The notes under the pieces were generated by a model. It saw only the letters and a list, made by a program, of their open reading frames with translations. It did not search any database and was not told where the DNA came from. Source: Planctomycetota bacterium (lineage in GTDB: Bacteria; Planctomycetota; UBA8108; JACQVS01). From it: a stretch of 64,000 bases of DNA. The position numbers and the translations under genes were made by a program. Location of the stretch: NCBI GenBank assembly GCA_028280485.1, contig JANQLS010000037.1:1660-65659 (forward strand), written 5' to 3'. The number at the start of each line of letters is the position of its first letter. The first letter of the stretch is position 1. Positions 39,352 through 50,484 of this stretch are shown piece after piece.

Positions 39352-42300
39352 TTATAGATTACAAGGAAGCTCATCCGCAGTGGGGTCGATACCTGGATTG
39401 GGGAATGGAGCCTTTGGACTCTCTCCGCCTTCGAAGAGATGGAGGAGAAGAGTGATGGGATCTCCGATCGTGGTTCTTCCGTCGTCATCGACATCCATAC
39501 GATCGTAACAATCAGGTGCCGTTTCATTGAGGAATAAAACCCCGAGGATATGAACGGCATCACTGAAGTTCACTTCGTCATCGGCATTACTGTCCCCACG
39601 AATGAAGCCATTGACGGGGCCATCGTAAGGGATGGCTCCCATATCCACTCCCTCCAGTCCGGTCTGAATACAGGGCGAATTGGAATTTAAGCTAAAATCA
39701 AATCCATCGACATCGACGAATTGAGGATCGATAGAAATGTTACCTTCTCCCGGCCAAACACCGATGGAAGCATTACTATAAGACAGTTCCAAAGTTGATA
39801 GGCTATCGACTTGAATGTCTCGAATATTGTTCCAGATGATAGAACTGTGAACGGTGGCGTGCCCACCATCACTAGCGCCCCCTTTGGCAAACAAGTTGAG
39901 CCCTTCTTGGTTGCCTACCAGAGTATTGTTATGCACTTCGCGAACAACTAAGCCGCTTTTAAGAGCCATGGCCGTTCCGCAGTTAAACACTAAGTTACCA
40001 GTAATTGCACAACGACCGATGTCTCCATTTTCTTCGATGGAGATGGCTTTGTCTTGGATATTGATAAATACATTGTCACGAATATCGACAGTGGTACTTC
40101 CAAGATCGATTCCGTCATCAGAGCCGTCTAAAAAGATACAACCTTCGATGCGAGAGCGTTCGTTACCATCACCATCAAAGTCGATAGCATCACGATCTCC
40201 TAGCATGCCTTCCATGGTCGAATCTAAGACGATGACAGTCGAGTTCGTTCCATGAACTCCTTCTAAGATGTCGACGAAGGTAGAGTTTCGAACCTCAAAG
40301 CGGGCGTCCACTCCATCGATAGCGTTGGCGGTGAGGAATTGAAACGAACAGTTTTCTACTAAGAGTTTTGCATCCGTGGGTGCGACACAACCTTCATAAC
40401 CGCTGGGGTTGTCTCCAAATTCGATACTGGCATGGCGCAGGACATGCGTGTAGTCTCCTTGAGCCACTCCGGTACCATCGAAGGCAATGCCGCCCCAACG
40501 TTCTTGACAGTTAGCGGCTCTGAATCGAATGGGATCATCTTCGGTTCCCGTGGCGTCAAGTTCTCCTCGTACGATCAAGGAATTATCGGCTTCGGCATAG
40601 ATAACCGTACCGGGTTCGATCGTGAGTCTCGCATTGGCAGTAACGATGACATTATCCGTCATCAAGTAGGGGCTGTTTGCTGCATCCCATGTAGTGTTGC
40701 TGACAATAGGGCCTCCGACGGGGGTTAAACCTTGCTGAGTCCGGATGACTTTGACTTCGAGAGTGTCTAAGTTGTTTCCTGATTCATCAAAAGCCTCGAC
40801 AGTGATGAAATTTTCACCGACATTCAAATTGGCCGATCCAATCCATTGGGCTCGGAACGGATCCCAAGACGCTTCTTGACCGTCGACTAAGACCGAACGA
40901 GTTAAGCAGGCATCCGACAATCCACTCAAGGTAATCGTATCACCGCCGGCATAGAGAAGAGTTCCGCAACCGATGGCGTCTACGGGGGCCGTTGAGAAAA
41001 TCAGCGAAGGGTGCATCGAGAAATCGCTAGAGCTCAGATCGTCATTGAGTCCGTGGATGGCTAAAACGTTATCTCCTTCAACGAGTAAGTCTTGGAAATC
41101 TCCTAAGGGGATTTGTTCAGGAGTTCCCGCCTCATGTCTATCTGAGGAGAAAGCATCGTAGGGAATCACATCGGGTAAACCATCGACTTCGCGCCCCATG
41201 ATCGGAGTACCATTGAGATAGGCCCTAAATCCATCATCGTAGTCGATATTGAGAACTACAGCTGGTAAGGAATCGGGATCAGTGACATTAAAGACATGGC
41301 GAAAATAAACAGAGCTATAGTTATCTTCCATATCTAAAAGAAGAGTAGCATCGTCACCATCGTCATATCCGATTCCTGCTGGGCCTTGTTCCCAATCGCC
41401 ATCGTCGAAATCGATTTCAGTCCAAGCTAATGGTGCGGCGGTGGGTTCTTCCGTGCCTCGGAAAAATTTCCAAATGGCGTTTTCAGCAATCAAGCCTCCA
41501 CTCTCTGCAGCATTTCCATCGATAGCTCCAGCGTTGAGTTTAGAGGGGACGTTTTGATCGATGAATCCCAAGCGGTCGGTGATCGTCGCATCAATTCTAT
41601 CGATCGTTCCGAAGCTATAAATAAAATCGATCAATCTAAATCTCTGACGCGATTCTCCACGAGAGAAAACGCCCTCACGAAGGTTTCTTAAATTGCAGTA
41701 ATAGAGGTGGGCAAAACGTTCGTGCGTGAGGAATCTTCGAATATTGGGAAGCTGAGTTCGGAATAGAGGTTCCGTCTCAGATTCATAGGTTTCTTCTAAG
41801 TCCCAAGGAAGAAGTAGGATTTTACCTGCATCGTCTCTTGGAGAATCGTCAGGAACTTTATAAAGAGCGTAGTCTTCACCCGTTCGATTATGGATGGATC
41901 CATCGGAGTTTGTGATGCAGGCCTGAGCAGCGAAGTATCTCGCCCACTGATTGACGTCGATAAGTTGTTCGACCAAATCAGGGAAGTCTTCGTCGCTGGT
42001 TTCGTCTAAGTCAAAAACTCGACAGAGTTCGATGATATCTGAATAATCATCTTCTTCTTTGTTACTGTGTTTCGTGTAGTACGCTCGATAATCGTCAGCA
42101 GTTTCACCTAAGAAGGTTAAATCTCCTTGGAAGGGATTTCCCGGTGTCTCTGGATCTCGCGCCCGGTATAGGTTTCCACCGTCGCTGGCATCTCCGAAGA
42201 AACGATTTAAGAATCCAGGATCCATATTTTCTTTTCGGATATAGACGGTTTCTAAATCTCCTCTGAAGGTGAGATTGACCGTCCACATCGATGGCCCCGG

Positions 42301-45075
42301 CATGTTGGCGCGATGGAAGAGGTCTCCAGCTAAAATTTCGGTGTCTGTGTCATCGGAATTCAAATTGAGATTGTCAATTCCGTCAAATCTATCTTCTGGC
42401 GGGAAGTTGATTCGAAAAGGTTTGGGATCGTTTCTACGCGTGGCATCTCCTCGATATCGCACTCCAACCAACTGATGAACGTCTACATCTCCCTTGGTGT
42501 CGATTCCAATGAATGTTCCGTAGAGTTTGACATCACTATCTAAGTCACGATCACTCAGCTCATCTTCATCCTCATCGGTCATGATCAAGTAGTAGTTGGC
42601 AGATCCATTATTTCGTGGAGCATCGTTGATCACTTGATACAGATAAAATGGGCCGTCGAAGCCGGGATAAGGTTCTACTTCAGGAGGAAGCGGATAAGTA
42701 ATCTCTTCACTTCCTGTCGCGGTGACTGAGAATCTGTAGGCGATGATATCCTCGTTATCTTGAGGAGGGATCGATGCGGTGTAGCGACCATCGCCAGCTA
42801 CTTCATCGGCTCCCGTTCCATCATCGACTAAGTTGATGCTTTGCTCTCCACCTTGGCCGTCGACATGCCAAATGAGTTGGGCGGAATCGATAGAACTGGC
42901 AGTTGAGATCTTACAGCTAACCGTGACGGTTTCGGATGAATTGGGAATAGCGGGCGAATGCCTCACTCCACCGATGACAGCCACTGGAGTCGCATCGAAA
43001 ATAGAGTTCTCCGCACCGGGAGTTCCTCCTTCAGGACCGATACCCCAGGCAAAACCATGTCGGTTGTTTAAATCCGGATGTAAAAGTTCCATTGTTGGCC
43101 CATCGCCATCGGCGCCTGACGGCCATTTTGCAGCCCTAAACGTTCCATCATCAACATCGTCGATAGGTTCTTCATCGTTTCTCGGGCTTCCGTCCCCGTA
43201 CTTCACGTGATCGACTAAGTTACCTAAGCGGTCGCGCAGGTTGATCGTGTCAGAAGAATGAGAAAGGTTTCGACTCCAATCACCAAAGAGTTTTGTTTCG
43301 TCAAAACCTGGGTGAGAGGCTAAGAAATGTGAAACCGAAGATGCGACGACGATATAACCACCAGCAGCAATTTCCGTGTTGTCAGGAAAATCAAAGTTAA
43401 CGCCACTCGTTAGTCCCCAACCACTGATTTCGATACTTTCATCAGCTCGGTTATGAAGTTCGATCCATTGTTCATTATCAGAGCAATCTTCAGGGCAGTC
43501 TTCAGAAGGGGCGATAAACGGGGGATGAAAATTGAATTCATTGATGACGATGCGATCTTCGCGCTCTAAGACATTGCTAGCTCCGGAAGTAGGGGAGGCC
43601 ATGACAAAGCCGTCTGCATCTCCATCCGGGAATCGCCCAAAGCTAAATCCGGTTTCCCCTAAGGGGCCGTCTTCGGGATTGAAAGCGTCGACAAAAGATT
43701 TTCCATCAGCTTCAGTCAAACCGTAGGTGATGTTATTGAGTTGAGGAGAAAAGCCCAATGCAGTGGCTGAAATAGAAATCCATTCTCCGGCTTCAAGCGA
43801 AGTGTTATTGGGGAGAATAAACTCGTGACCTAATGAGCTGTAGAGGCGGAATCCACTGATATTGATTTCCTCTTCGCCGCGGTTGAAGAATTCGATAAAG
43901 CCGATGTCTTCACCTTCGGTGGGCTTCACTTCATTAATTGAGATATCGCCTCGTTTGAGTACTTCAGATGCTCCTCGTTGAGGTGATAGAATGAGTCGAG
44001 GAATAAAGCTGAGATCACCACTTCCTAAGTTGGCGTTGTGAACTTGGAAGGCGAGGACATTTTCCCCTACTTGTAAGAGATCTAAGGGAATCGTGAAGGT
44101 TTCAAATTCACCGGCTTCATGTTGATCCGTGGCATCATTAAAGTGGGGGACGAATCCATCTTCGTCGCGTTCTAAATTTTCAAGGACGATCTCTGTTTCA
44201 TTAAGATAGCCGACGATACCATCATCGTAGCTGATTTCCATGAAGGCTGAACCGGCAGCGTCGAGATCTTCTTGAGTGAGCGTAATCACAGTTCTTACGG
44301 CAATGGAAAGAAAATTATCTTCCATATCTTCGATGACAGTCATGTCATCATCATCACTAAACCCGAAGCCTGATGGACCCTGATCCCAATCGACCGCATC
44401 GAAGCCTAATGATCGCCAGCCCTCAGGATAGGGTTCATTGCCTCTTCTGTACGACCACAGATCTCCTTCATCCAAAATGGTATTGTTATTTAAAATCGCA
44501 TCGGTAGAGATCAAGGTTGAATTGGGTTGGCCGGGCGTTCCATCGACGATGAAACTCGATTCCCAAATATAGGGATAGTCAGCTCGTCCGTGAGGATCGA
44601 TACGTTCCAAGGAAGGGCCTGATCCATCGGGGAGATGGGCCCATACACCACTGTCGCCGTAGTGGACTCGAGATACGACATCACCTTCTCGATTGGACAG
44701 AGCGATGATCTCGCCCCCGTTTGAGAGTCGGCCGACGTAGGCACCTAAAACATTATCGATACCGTATCGTTCCTGGGCGTAAGGGGCATCGGGACTGATA
44801 ACCAGATATTCTTTAGGGCCTAAGATGGTATTGAAGGGCATGATGAAGGTGAGACCTTCAGAGAATCTCCAACCGGATAGATCGACTTTAGTACCACCTC
44901 GATTAAAGAGTTCGATATATTCATCACGATCATCACCACTCAAGGGGTTGTAATGGATCTCATTGATGACCACGTCAAAATCCGTCGCCCATAGCGCAGA
45001 ATTTGAAATCAGGCTCGAGGTGATCGAGACGATGAACAATGCCCATGCCCTTTTAAAGGTATCGCGAAAATTCAC
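39352..45075 (-). CDS. Large secreted protein: lamin-tail domains + CotH kinase + right-handed beta-helix + C-terminal dockerin-like domain
   Basis: VVINEIHYNP repeats, GVRYRG, GGNLYRA, IDVNQWARY..NSD, PWDLE, GxDDGID beta-helix, FIRGDSNAD...DPTADELPC. Confidence 0.88.
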   Translation of the reverse strand: MNFRDTFKRAWALFIVSITSSLISNSALWATDFDVVINEIHYNPLSGDDRDEYIELFNRGGTKVDLSGWRFSEGLTFIMPFNTILGPKEYLVISPDAPYAQERYGIDNVLGAYVGRLSNGGEIIALSNREGDVVSRVHYGDSGVWAHLPDGSGPSLERIDPHGRADYPYIWESSFIVDGTPGQPNSTLISTDAILNNNTILDEGDLWSYRRGNEPYPEGWRSLGFDAVDWDQGPSGFGFSDDDDMTVIEDMEDNFLSIAVRTVITLTQEDLDAAGSAFMEISYDDGIVGYLNETEIVLENLERDEDGFVPHFNDATDQHEAGEFETFTIPLDLLQVGENVLAFQVHNANLGSGDLSFIPRLILSPQRGASEVLKRGDISINEVKPTEGEDIGFIEFFNRGEEEINISGFRLYSSLGHEFILPNNTSLEAGEWISISATALGFSPQLNNITYGLTEADGKSFVDAFNPEDGPLGETGFSFGRFPDGDADGFVMASPTSGASNVLEREDRIVINEFNFHPPFIAPSEDCPEDCSDNEQWIELHNRADESIEISGWGLTSGVNFDFPDNTEIAAGGYIVVASSVSHFLASHPGFDETKLFGDWSRNLSHSSDTINLRDRLGNLVDHVKYGDGSPRNDEEPIDDVDDGTFRAAKWPSGADGDGPTMELLHPDLNNRHGFAWGIGPEGGTPGAENSIFDATPVAVIGGVRHSPAIPNSSETVTVSCKISTASSIDSAQLIWHVDGQGGEQSINLVDDGTGADEVAGDGRYTASIPPQDNEDIIAYRFSVTATGSEEITYPLPPEVEPYPGFDGPFYLYQVINDAPRNNGSANYYLIMTDEDEDELSDRDLDSDVKLYGTFIGIDTKGDVDVHQLVGVRYRGDATRRNDPKPFRINFPPEDRFDGIDNLNLNSDDTDTEILAGDLFHRANMPGPSMWTVNLTFRGDLETVYIRKENMDPGFLNRFFGDASDGGNLYRARDPETPGNPFQGDLTFLGETADDYRAYYTKHSNKEEDDYSDIIELCRVFDLDETSDEDFPDLVEQLIDVNQWARYFAAQACITNSDGSIHNRTGEDYALYKVPDDSPRDDAGKILLLPWDLEETYESETEPLFRTQLPNIRRFLTHERFAHLYYCNLRNLREGVFSRGESRQRFRLIDFIYSFGTIDRIDATITDRLGFIDQNVPSKLNAGAIDGNAAESGGLIAENAIWKFFRGTEEPTAAPLAWTEIDFDDGDWEQGPAGIGYDDGDDATLLLDMEDNYSSVYFRHVFNVTDPDSLPAVVLNIDYDDGFRAYLNGTPIMGREVDGLPDVIPYDAFSSDRHEAGTPEQIPLGDFQDLLVEGDNVLAIHGLNDDLSSSDFSMHPSLIFSTAPVDAIGCGTLLYAGGDTITLSGLSDACLTRSVLVDGQEASWDPFRAQWIGSANLNVGENFITVEAFDESGNNLDTLEVKVIRTQQGLTPVGGPIVSNTTWDAANSPYLMTDNVIVTANARLTIEPGTVIYAEADNSLIVRGELDATGTEDDPIRFRAANCQERWGGIAFDGTGVAQGDYTHVLRHASIEFGDNPSGYEGCVAPTDAKLLVENCSFQFLTANAIDGVDARFEVRNSTFVDILEGVHGTNSTVIVLDSTMEGMLGDRDAIDFDGDGNERSRIEGCIFLDGSDDGIDLGSTTVDIRDNVFINIQDKAISIEENGDIGRCAITGNLVFNCGTAMALKSGLVVREVHNNTLVGNQEGLNLFAKGGASDGGHATVHSSIIWNNIRDIQVDSLSTLELSYSNASIGVWPGEGNISIDPQFVDVDGFDFSLNSNSPCIQTGLEGVDMGAIPYDGPVNGFIRGDSNADDEVNFSDAVHILGVLFLNETAPDCYDRMDVDDDGRTTIGDPITLLLHLFEGGESPKAPFPNPGIDPTADELPCNL

Positions 45076-45109
45076 GTGTTTATTCCCTAACTATCTTCAA
45101 CTATTCGGT

Positions 45110-45799
45110 TCAGTTATTAATTTCGCCGTAACTCATCCAAAGTAAATTGGGTTCTCCGGTTGCGGGGACCTGAATGACCAATAAGTTGTCATAGTTTGAG
45201 CCACTGACGCTCAAACCCTCTCTTTGTGATTTTGGTACGTTGAAGGCATCTAAGATATGGTGGACCGTAAAGCTGTGTTGAGCAAAAACGCTCCTACTCC
45301 CGGGAGGGAGGCTTTTAACTTTATCTACGATCGATTGTGCGACTTCAGCGTTTGACGGTTCTCGAGTTGGAATCACTTCCATATCGATGTTTTTAGCCAA
45401 CGATAATGGTTCTAAGGTCTGTTGAGTTCGAATGTAGTCACTCGGAAAAAGGCCGTCGATTTTTGCATTTCTTAGCATGGTAGCTAAAGCTTGAGCGCGC
45501 GCCCGTCCTTCTTCGTTTAGCGGTGCGTCTCCACCGGGATCACGTTCAGCGTGACGAACTAATATGACCTGCTTGGATGCCGGACAGGTAACTTCACACT
45601 TCGCCGGTTCGGGTCCACCTACGAAGAGGTGTTGGAGTAATGCGATGGGATCAGAAACATCAAGGTTGGCATCTCCATTGATATCTCCAGGTAAACAAGA
45701 ATCAGGAAACGCCCATACCTCTAACAACAGCTTTTGGGAAAAACCACCAACTGTTACTCCCAAGGTAAATAGCAAGCAGGCAAACAGTGTTCTTTTCAT
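45110..45799 (-). CDS. Secreted histidine-phosphatase-family protein with N-terminal dockerin-like repeat
   Basis: Signal peptide; GDINGDANLDVSDPIALLQHLF; LVRHAE, SDYIRTQQT, QHSFT. Confidence 0.85.
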   Translation of the reverse strand: MKRTLFACLLFTLGVTVGGFSQKLLLEVWAFPDSCLPGDINGDANLDVSDPIALLQHLFVGGPEPAKCEVTCPASKQVILVRHAERDPGGDAPLNEEGRARAQALATMLRNAKIDGLFPSDYIRTQQTLEPLSLAKNIDMEVIPTREPSNAEVAQSIVDKVKSLPPGSRSVFAQHSFTVHHILDAFNVPKSQREGLSVSGSNYDNLLVIQVPATGEPNLLWMSYGEINN

Positions 45800-46218
45800 G
45801 ATCTGACTAAAGTTTCAGATTACCGATGGATCCATCGAAAAGGAAATAAGAATGAGAAGTGAGTGACAACCAAAGAAAAACTGAACTGAATGCCAGAAGG
45901 ATGGATTTGGCCGATACAGTTCAGCTGAGACTTAAGAGGTAATATCCTGGAGGCACGGCTTCAACTGGAACGAGTTTGAAAGTCGCAAACCTAATTAAAG
46001 ATTGGATATGTGAGAATTGATGACCCGTCTCAAACCTCGATGTTAGCATTCTAAAATCGGCATCGCGATTTAATTGTATTTTAATTATTAAGACAGTTTT
46101 AAGATATTTGGAAGCCTCTTAGGGCTGTACAGCCGATCTCTTTAAGTTTAGTATTTATAATGGTTTGTGCTCTTGGTTTAGCCTGCAGAATTTCATCAAA
46201 ATCTCACCTCTTAATCCA

Positions 46219-49200
46219 ATGCTTAGACGACTTCTTACATTACTTGTTCTTCTTACTCTCAGTGGTTCTAAATCTTTGGCCGAAGACGTGCGTTCAGGGG
46301 TTTGGGTTGAGTATGCCTCCCAGGATTCGACTCTGGTAAATAGTTCATTTTCGAGTGAGGTTCGTTCTTCCCTTCAATTCACCTGGGATCATGGAAGTCC
46401 TCATTTGACGATGCCTGTCGGAGCCTTTGAAGCCGTTATGCGTTCATCGCTCCTCATTGCAGATGGAGAGAAAGTTAGGTTTTCACTTTATCTCAGAGGC
46501 AATGCTCGTCTCTACATCGGGGAGAAGTTAGTCGTTCAAGGAGAACGAAGCGATACCGGGTGGGTTAAGGGGCAGTGGCTAAGTTTGAGCGAAGGATACA
46601 ACCCTTTAAAGTTGGAGTACCTTTCACTACAAGATGCGAAAGGTTCTCTTGTAAGAGTGTTTTGGGAGAGCAGTGAATTTCCAGTTGAGCCCATCTTGGG
46701 CCAAGTACTGAATCTTCCGGAGAATATTCCTCAGCTTGAAAAGGCAAAACAATTTGAACGAGGGCAACGTTTAGTTAGGGAATTAAATTGTTCAGCTTGC
46801 CATCAAATACCGGGTGGTGGAGTTAATTCTTTTAGTGTTCCTAATCTTTTTCATTCTGCTTCTGTTCTTACGAAGGCTCAATTTTTAAATAAGGTCCAGT
46901 TGGGGAGTCATTCATCTATCAGAGAATCGACAATGCCCCAGTTTTATCTTTCTAAAGAGGAGGGGGAAGAACTCTTTAAAAGGATAAAAGTTTTTTCCAA
47001 GAAAGCTCAGCCGTCTGAGAAGTTGAGTTCTAAGGAGCTTAAGAAAGTGAGCGCTCAACGAGGAAAAAGTCTTGTTTTAAAGCGAGGGTGCTTAGCTTGT
47101 CATAGTTTATCCGGAGAAGAGTTACAAAGGCAGAGCCTAGGATCAGATCTTAGCCAAATTCAAAAAGGGCGCTCCGAAGCACAGTGGGCTCGTTGGTTAA
47201 AAGGTTCATTTGATCTAAAGAGGAAACAAGGCCATTATCCCCAGCTAAAACTTTCTAAAGAAGAACGTTTTAGTCTAGCCAAGTATTTAATCGAATTAGG
47301 TAAGGTAAATAAGTCTAAACCTGATGAAGGAAAGAATTTTAAGTATTTTGGTGAATCAAAAATTGTTCCAAGTTTTTCCTACTTGATTTTTAGATCGTGT
47401 GGGGGGTGTCACACTGAATTTAGAGATCATGAATCCTACAACTCTATTCCAATCAAAAAAAACAATCTCGATTCCAGCCGTAAATGGGAAGCATCCAAGA
47501 GTTGTGCTCAAGATCCATCTGTGGCTCTCGGCAAAGGAAAAAGAACCCATCTTCTTATACCCACTTACCGAGTTTCAAAGGAAGACTTAGCGGCAATAGA
47601 AATTTATATTTCGAATGTGCATCGGCAATCTCAAGTATCTCATTCACGTCAAGGTGAACGAATATTTCAAGAAAGTGGCTGTCAATCTTGTCATCAACGA
47701 GGAACTGGTTCTAATTTCTCTCAACTCCATCAAAAAGTTTCAGCTCTCGATAAATCGCTTAGAGGCAAGGAAGGGTTGTTGAAGCCTCCTTCTCTTGATT
47801 CTATCGGAGAGAAGCTTCGAGGGGACGAGTTGAATAAAGCCGTTCATGGAAATCAAGACCGTCGTCGCTCTTGGTTAGAAGTTCGAATGCCGCGTTACAC
47901 TCATTCTGCATTGGAATCCAAACAACTCGTCGCATTTTTCGAGGATCATGATTCGATTCCCCAGGGATATGAAGACCCCAATCCTAATACCGCTCAACCA
48001 GAAAATCTTTACCGAGTCGGGCATCAACTCTTAGGAGCCCAAGGATTCAGCTGTAGTTCGTGTCATGGCTTGGGAGAATACGAGCCTCAAAGTGTTGAGG
48101 TTGGAGTTCGCGGACCGAATCTGGTGGGGCTGGGACAGAAGATGAATTTGGATTGGTTTAAGCGATGGATGCGAAATCCAGCGCGAAGAGCATCGGGTAT
48201 TGAAATGCCTTCGATCACTGATCCTTATCCTAAGTTATTGAATGAAGATTTAGATCTTCAGTTTGAAGCGATGTGGGCAGCCTTGAATTCACCTCACTTT
48301 ACAGCTCCCGCGGCTACCAAAGTTGAGAGAGTGGTCAGTGCCGGTTCTGGTATTGGTGTTTGGGGGCCAAATACTCGAGTGATTCATGATGTGTTCAAGC
48401 TTCACGGCGCATATGGAGATAGTTGGTTAGCGAGAGCTTTTGCAATTGCCAGCAACGATCAACAAAATCTTCTTTATGATCTCGATCATTTCAGTGCTAT
48501 CGCTTGGTACAGTGGGTCTTTGGCTCGTCAGCGAACTCAAGGTAAGACTTGGTTCTGGGAGGTTGGGGGGCTCCCCATTCTCCCTAAGCTGCCGCACATA
48601 CCAGCTATTTCCTTGATCGATAAAGCAGACAATGTGCAACTTCCAAGGGTGATTAGAACGACTCGCGGTTGGCTCAAGCGTTGGCAGCAAAAAGAGCGAG
48701 GAGTGGAGCTTGAGTATGAACTCCACTTTAGTCCTGATACCAAAGTTACCGTTGTCGAAGAGTTGGAAACTTTGGGCTTGGATAAGACAAGGGGGATATC
48801 TCGTCGTTTTAGAGTCGATACATCTTCCATCGATGCGAACTCTTCAGCCATCGCCCGTGTGTTCCTTCCAAAAAGCTCTAAGGGATCAAGCCTTTCACCC
48901 TTTCAATCGATTGAAGCCGGTAGCCTTCAAGGGAAGATTCGATTTGATGCTAAAGAATCAGGGCGTTGGTATCGGCATCAGAAGCCTGAAAAAGAAATCA
49001 GTAAAGAAATCGATGTCTTTCATTTAACGGGAAGCTCAAATGGAGGTTCTCATCACTTTCATTGGGTTCAATACTTAGTAGAAGAGCAAAATTTTCCTGC
49101 TGGGACCGTCACCACGGAATCTACTGAACGAACGAAAGCGCAAGAACTCGATACCGTTCCTGGGTATCAAGTCAAACGCCTTCCCCTTCATGAGAAACTG

Positions 49201-50484
49201 ATGCCCACGGCCTTCGGTTTTTCTGAATCGGATGAAGTGTATCTCACGACGCTCAATGGCCAGGTGAGAAAGCTTCTGGATACCGATGGCGATGGTTTAG
49301 AAGATAGAAGCATAGTTGTTGCTGAAAGTTTATCTGCTCCCTACGGAATTTTAGTTGAGGGAAAAGATCTGATCGTTAGTCACAAATCGGCACTTTTAAA
49401 ATTGAGTGACCTCGATGGCAATGATTACTTCGAAAGCACTCAGGTGATCGCCACGGGTTGGGGTTTTAACGATAATTACCACGATTGGGTCGTCGGTGTT
49501 CTCAAGAACGGGAATAACTATTTACTCACCCTTGGGAGCGATTATCAGCAAGGAGGGCGACCCCGGAATGAGACGATGTTTCGAGGGAAAGCGATCTCTG
49601 TAACTCCCCATGGTGAGATTAACGAATTTGCTAGTGGATTGCGTTTTCCTATGGGGATCGCGAAAAACGAAGATGGGCATTTTTTCTTTACGGATAATCA
49701 AGGTAATGGAAATCCCTTCAATGAATTCAATCATCTGGTAGAAGGAAAGAATTACGGGCTGCCATCACTCTACGATTCTACTGAGCGCAAGAAAATCATC
49801 GGGCACGCGACTCCGCCGGCAGTTCAGTTGCCTCATCCTTGGACTCGCAGTACGAATGGAATTTGCTTTTTAACGAGTGATCCTAAATACGGAGCGTTTA
49901 AATCCCACGCCCTCGGGGCTGATTACGACACCAAGAAGTTAACTCGAATTTCATTACAAAAAATCGGAGACACCTATCAGGGAGCTTGTTATCCCTTCAG
50001 TCTTCCCAAAGCAGGATCGGAAGGTTTTCTCGGCCCATTGTCGATCGCACGCTCACCCAGCGGAGCCATTTATTTAGGTAATATGAAAGACTCGGGCTGG
50101 GGAGGAGGCAACAACATCGGAACGATTTGTAAGCTGATTCCTGGCGAGCTTCCTCCAGGGTTAGCTGAAATCAAGGCAACTCAGCTTGGTTTCGAATTGA
50201 GCTTCACTCAAAAAGTCGATTCAAAGAAAGCAGCCGATGTCAGTAATTATTCACTCTCTGCTTATAGACGTCCGTACAAAGGTGGGTACGGCACTGCGAT
50301 TACTGATCGCCATGAAGTGAAAGTGTCTGAAGCCAAAGTGGATTCCACTTCTAATAGAGTACTCTTAAAAGTCACTCCCTATCGCGCTGGATATTTATAT
50401 GAAATTCGGCTTAAGAATCTATCTTCCAGCGATCAAATCTTCTGGCCGAGTGAGGGTTATTTTAGTTTGCACCAGATTCCTTAG
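46219..50484 (+). CDS. PA14-like + five-heme cytochrome c + sugar-dehydrogenase-like beta-propeller protein
   Basis: Signal peptide from ATG 46219 (track start 46165); CSACH, CLACH, CGGCH, CQSCH, CSSCH; DTDGDG, GLRFPMG, TDNQG. Confidence 0.85.
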   Translation: MLRRLLTLLVLLTLSGSKSLAEDVRSGVWVEYASQDSTLVNSSFSSEVRSSLQFTWDHGSPHLTMPVGAFEAVMRSSLLIADGEKVRFSLYLRGNARLYIGEKLVVQGERSDTGWVKGQWLSLSEGYNPLKLEYLSLQDAKGSLVRVFWESSEFPVEPILGQVLNLPENIPQLEKAKQFERGQRLVRELNCSACHQIPGGGVNSFSVPNLFHSASVLTKAQFLNKVQLGSHSSIRESTMPQFYLSKEEGEELFKRIKVFSKKAQPSEKLSSKELKKVSAQRGKSLVLKRGCLACHSLSGEELQRQSLGSDLSQIQKGRSEAQWARWLKGSFDLKRKQGHYPQLKLSKEERFSLAKYLIELGKVNKSKPDEGKNFKYFGESKIVPSFSYLIFRSCGGCHTEFRDHESYNSIPIKKNNLDSSRKWEASKSCAQDPSVALGKGKRTHLLIPTYRVSKEDLAAIEIYISNVHRQSQVSHSRQGERIFQESGCQSCHQRGTGSNFSQLHQKVSALDKSLRGKEGLLKPPSLDSIGEKLRGDELNKAVHGNQDRRRSWLEVRMPRYTHSALESKQLVAFFEDHDSIPQGYEDPNPNTAQPENLYRVGHQLLGAQGFSCSSCHGLGEYEPQSVEVGVRGPNLVGLGQKMNLDWFKRWMRNPARRASGIEMPSITDPYPKLLNEDLDLQFEAMWAALNSPHFTAPAATKVERVVSAGSGIGVWGPNTRVIHDVFKLHGAYGDSWLARAFAIASNDQQNLLYDLDHFSAIAWYSGSLARQRTQGKTWFWEVGGLPILPKLPHIPAISLIDKADNVQLPRVIRTTRGWLKRWQQKERGVELEYELHFSPDTKVTVVEELETLGLDKTRGISRRFRVDTSSIDANSSAIARVFLPKSSKGSSLSPFQSIEAGSLQGKIRFDAKESGRWYRHQKPEKEISKEIDVFHLTGSSNGGSHHFHWVQYLVEEQNFPAGTVTTESTERTKAQELDTVPGYQVKRLPLHEKLMPTAFGFSESDEVYLTTLNGQVRKLLDTDGDGLEDRSIVVAESLSAPYGILVEGKDLIVSHKSALLKLSDLDGNDYFESTQVIATGWGFNDNYHDWVVGVLKNGNNYLLTLGSDYQQGGRPRNETMFRGKAISVTPHGEINEFASGLRFPMGIAKNEDGHFFFTDNQGNGNPFNEFNHLVEGKNYGLPSLYDSTERKKIIGHATPPAVQLPHPWTRSTNGICFLTSDPKYGAFKSHALGADYDTKKLTRISLQKIGDTYQGACYPFSLPKAGSEGFLGPLSIARSPSGAIYLGNMKDSGWGGGNNIGTICKLIPGELPPGLAEIKATQLGFELSFTQKVDSKKAADVSNYSLSAYRRPYKGGYGTAITDRHEVKVSEAKVDSTSNRVLLKVTPYRAGYLYEIRLKNLSSSDQIFWPSEGYFSLHQIP

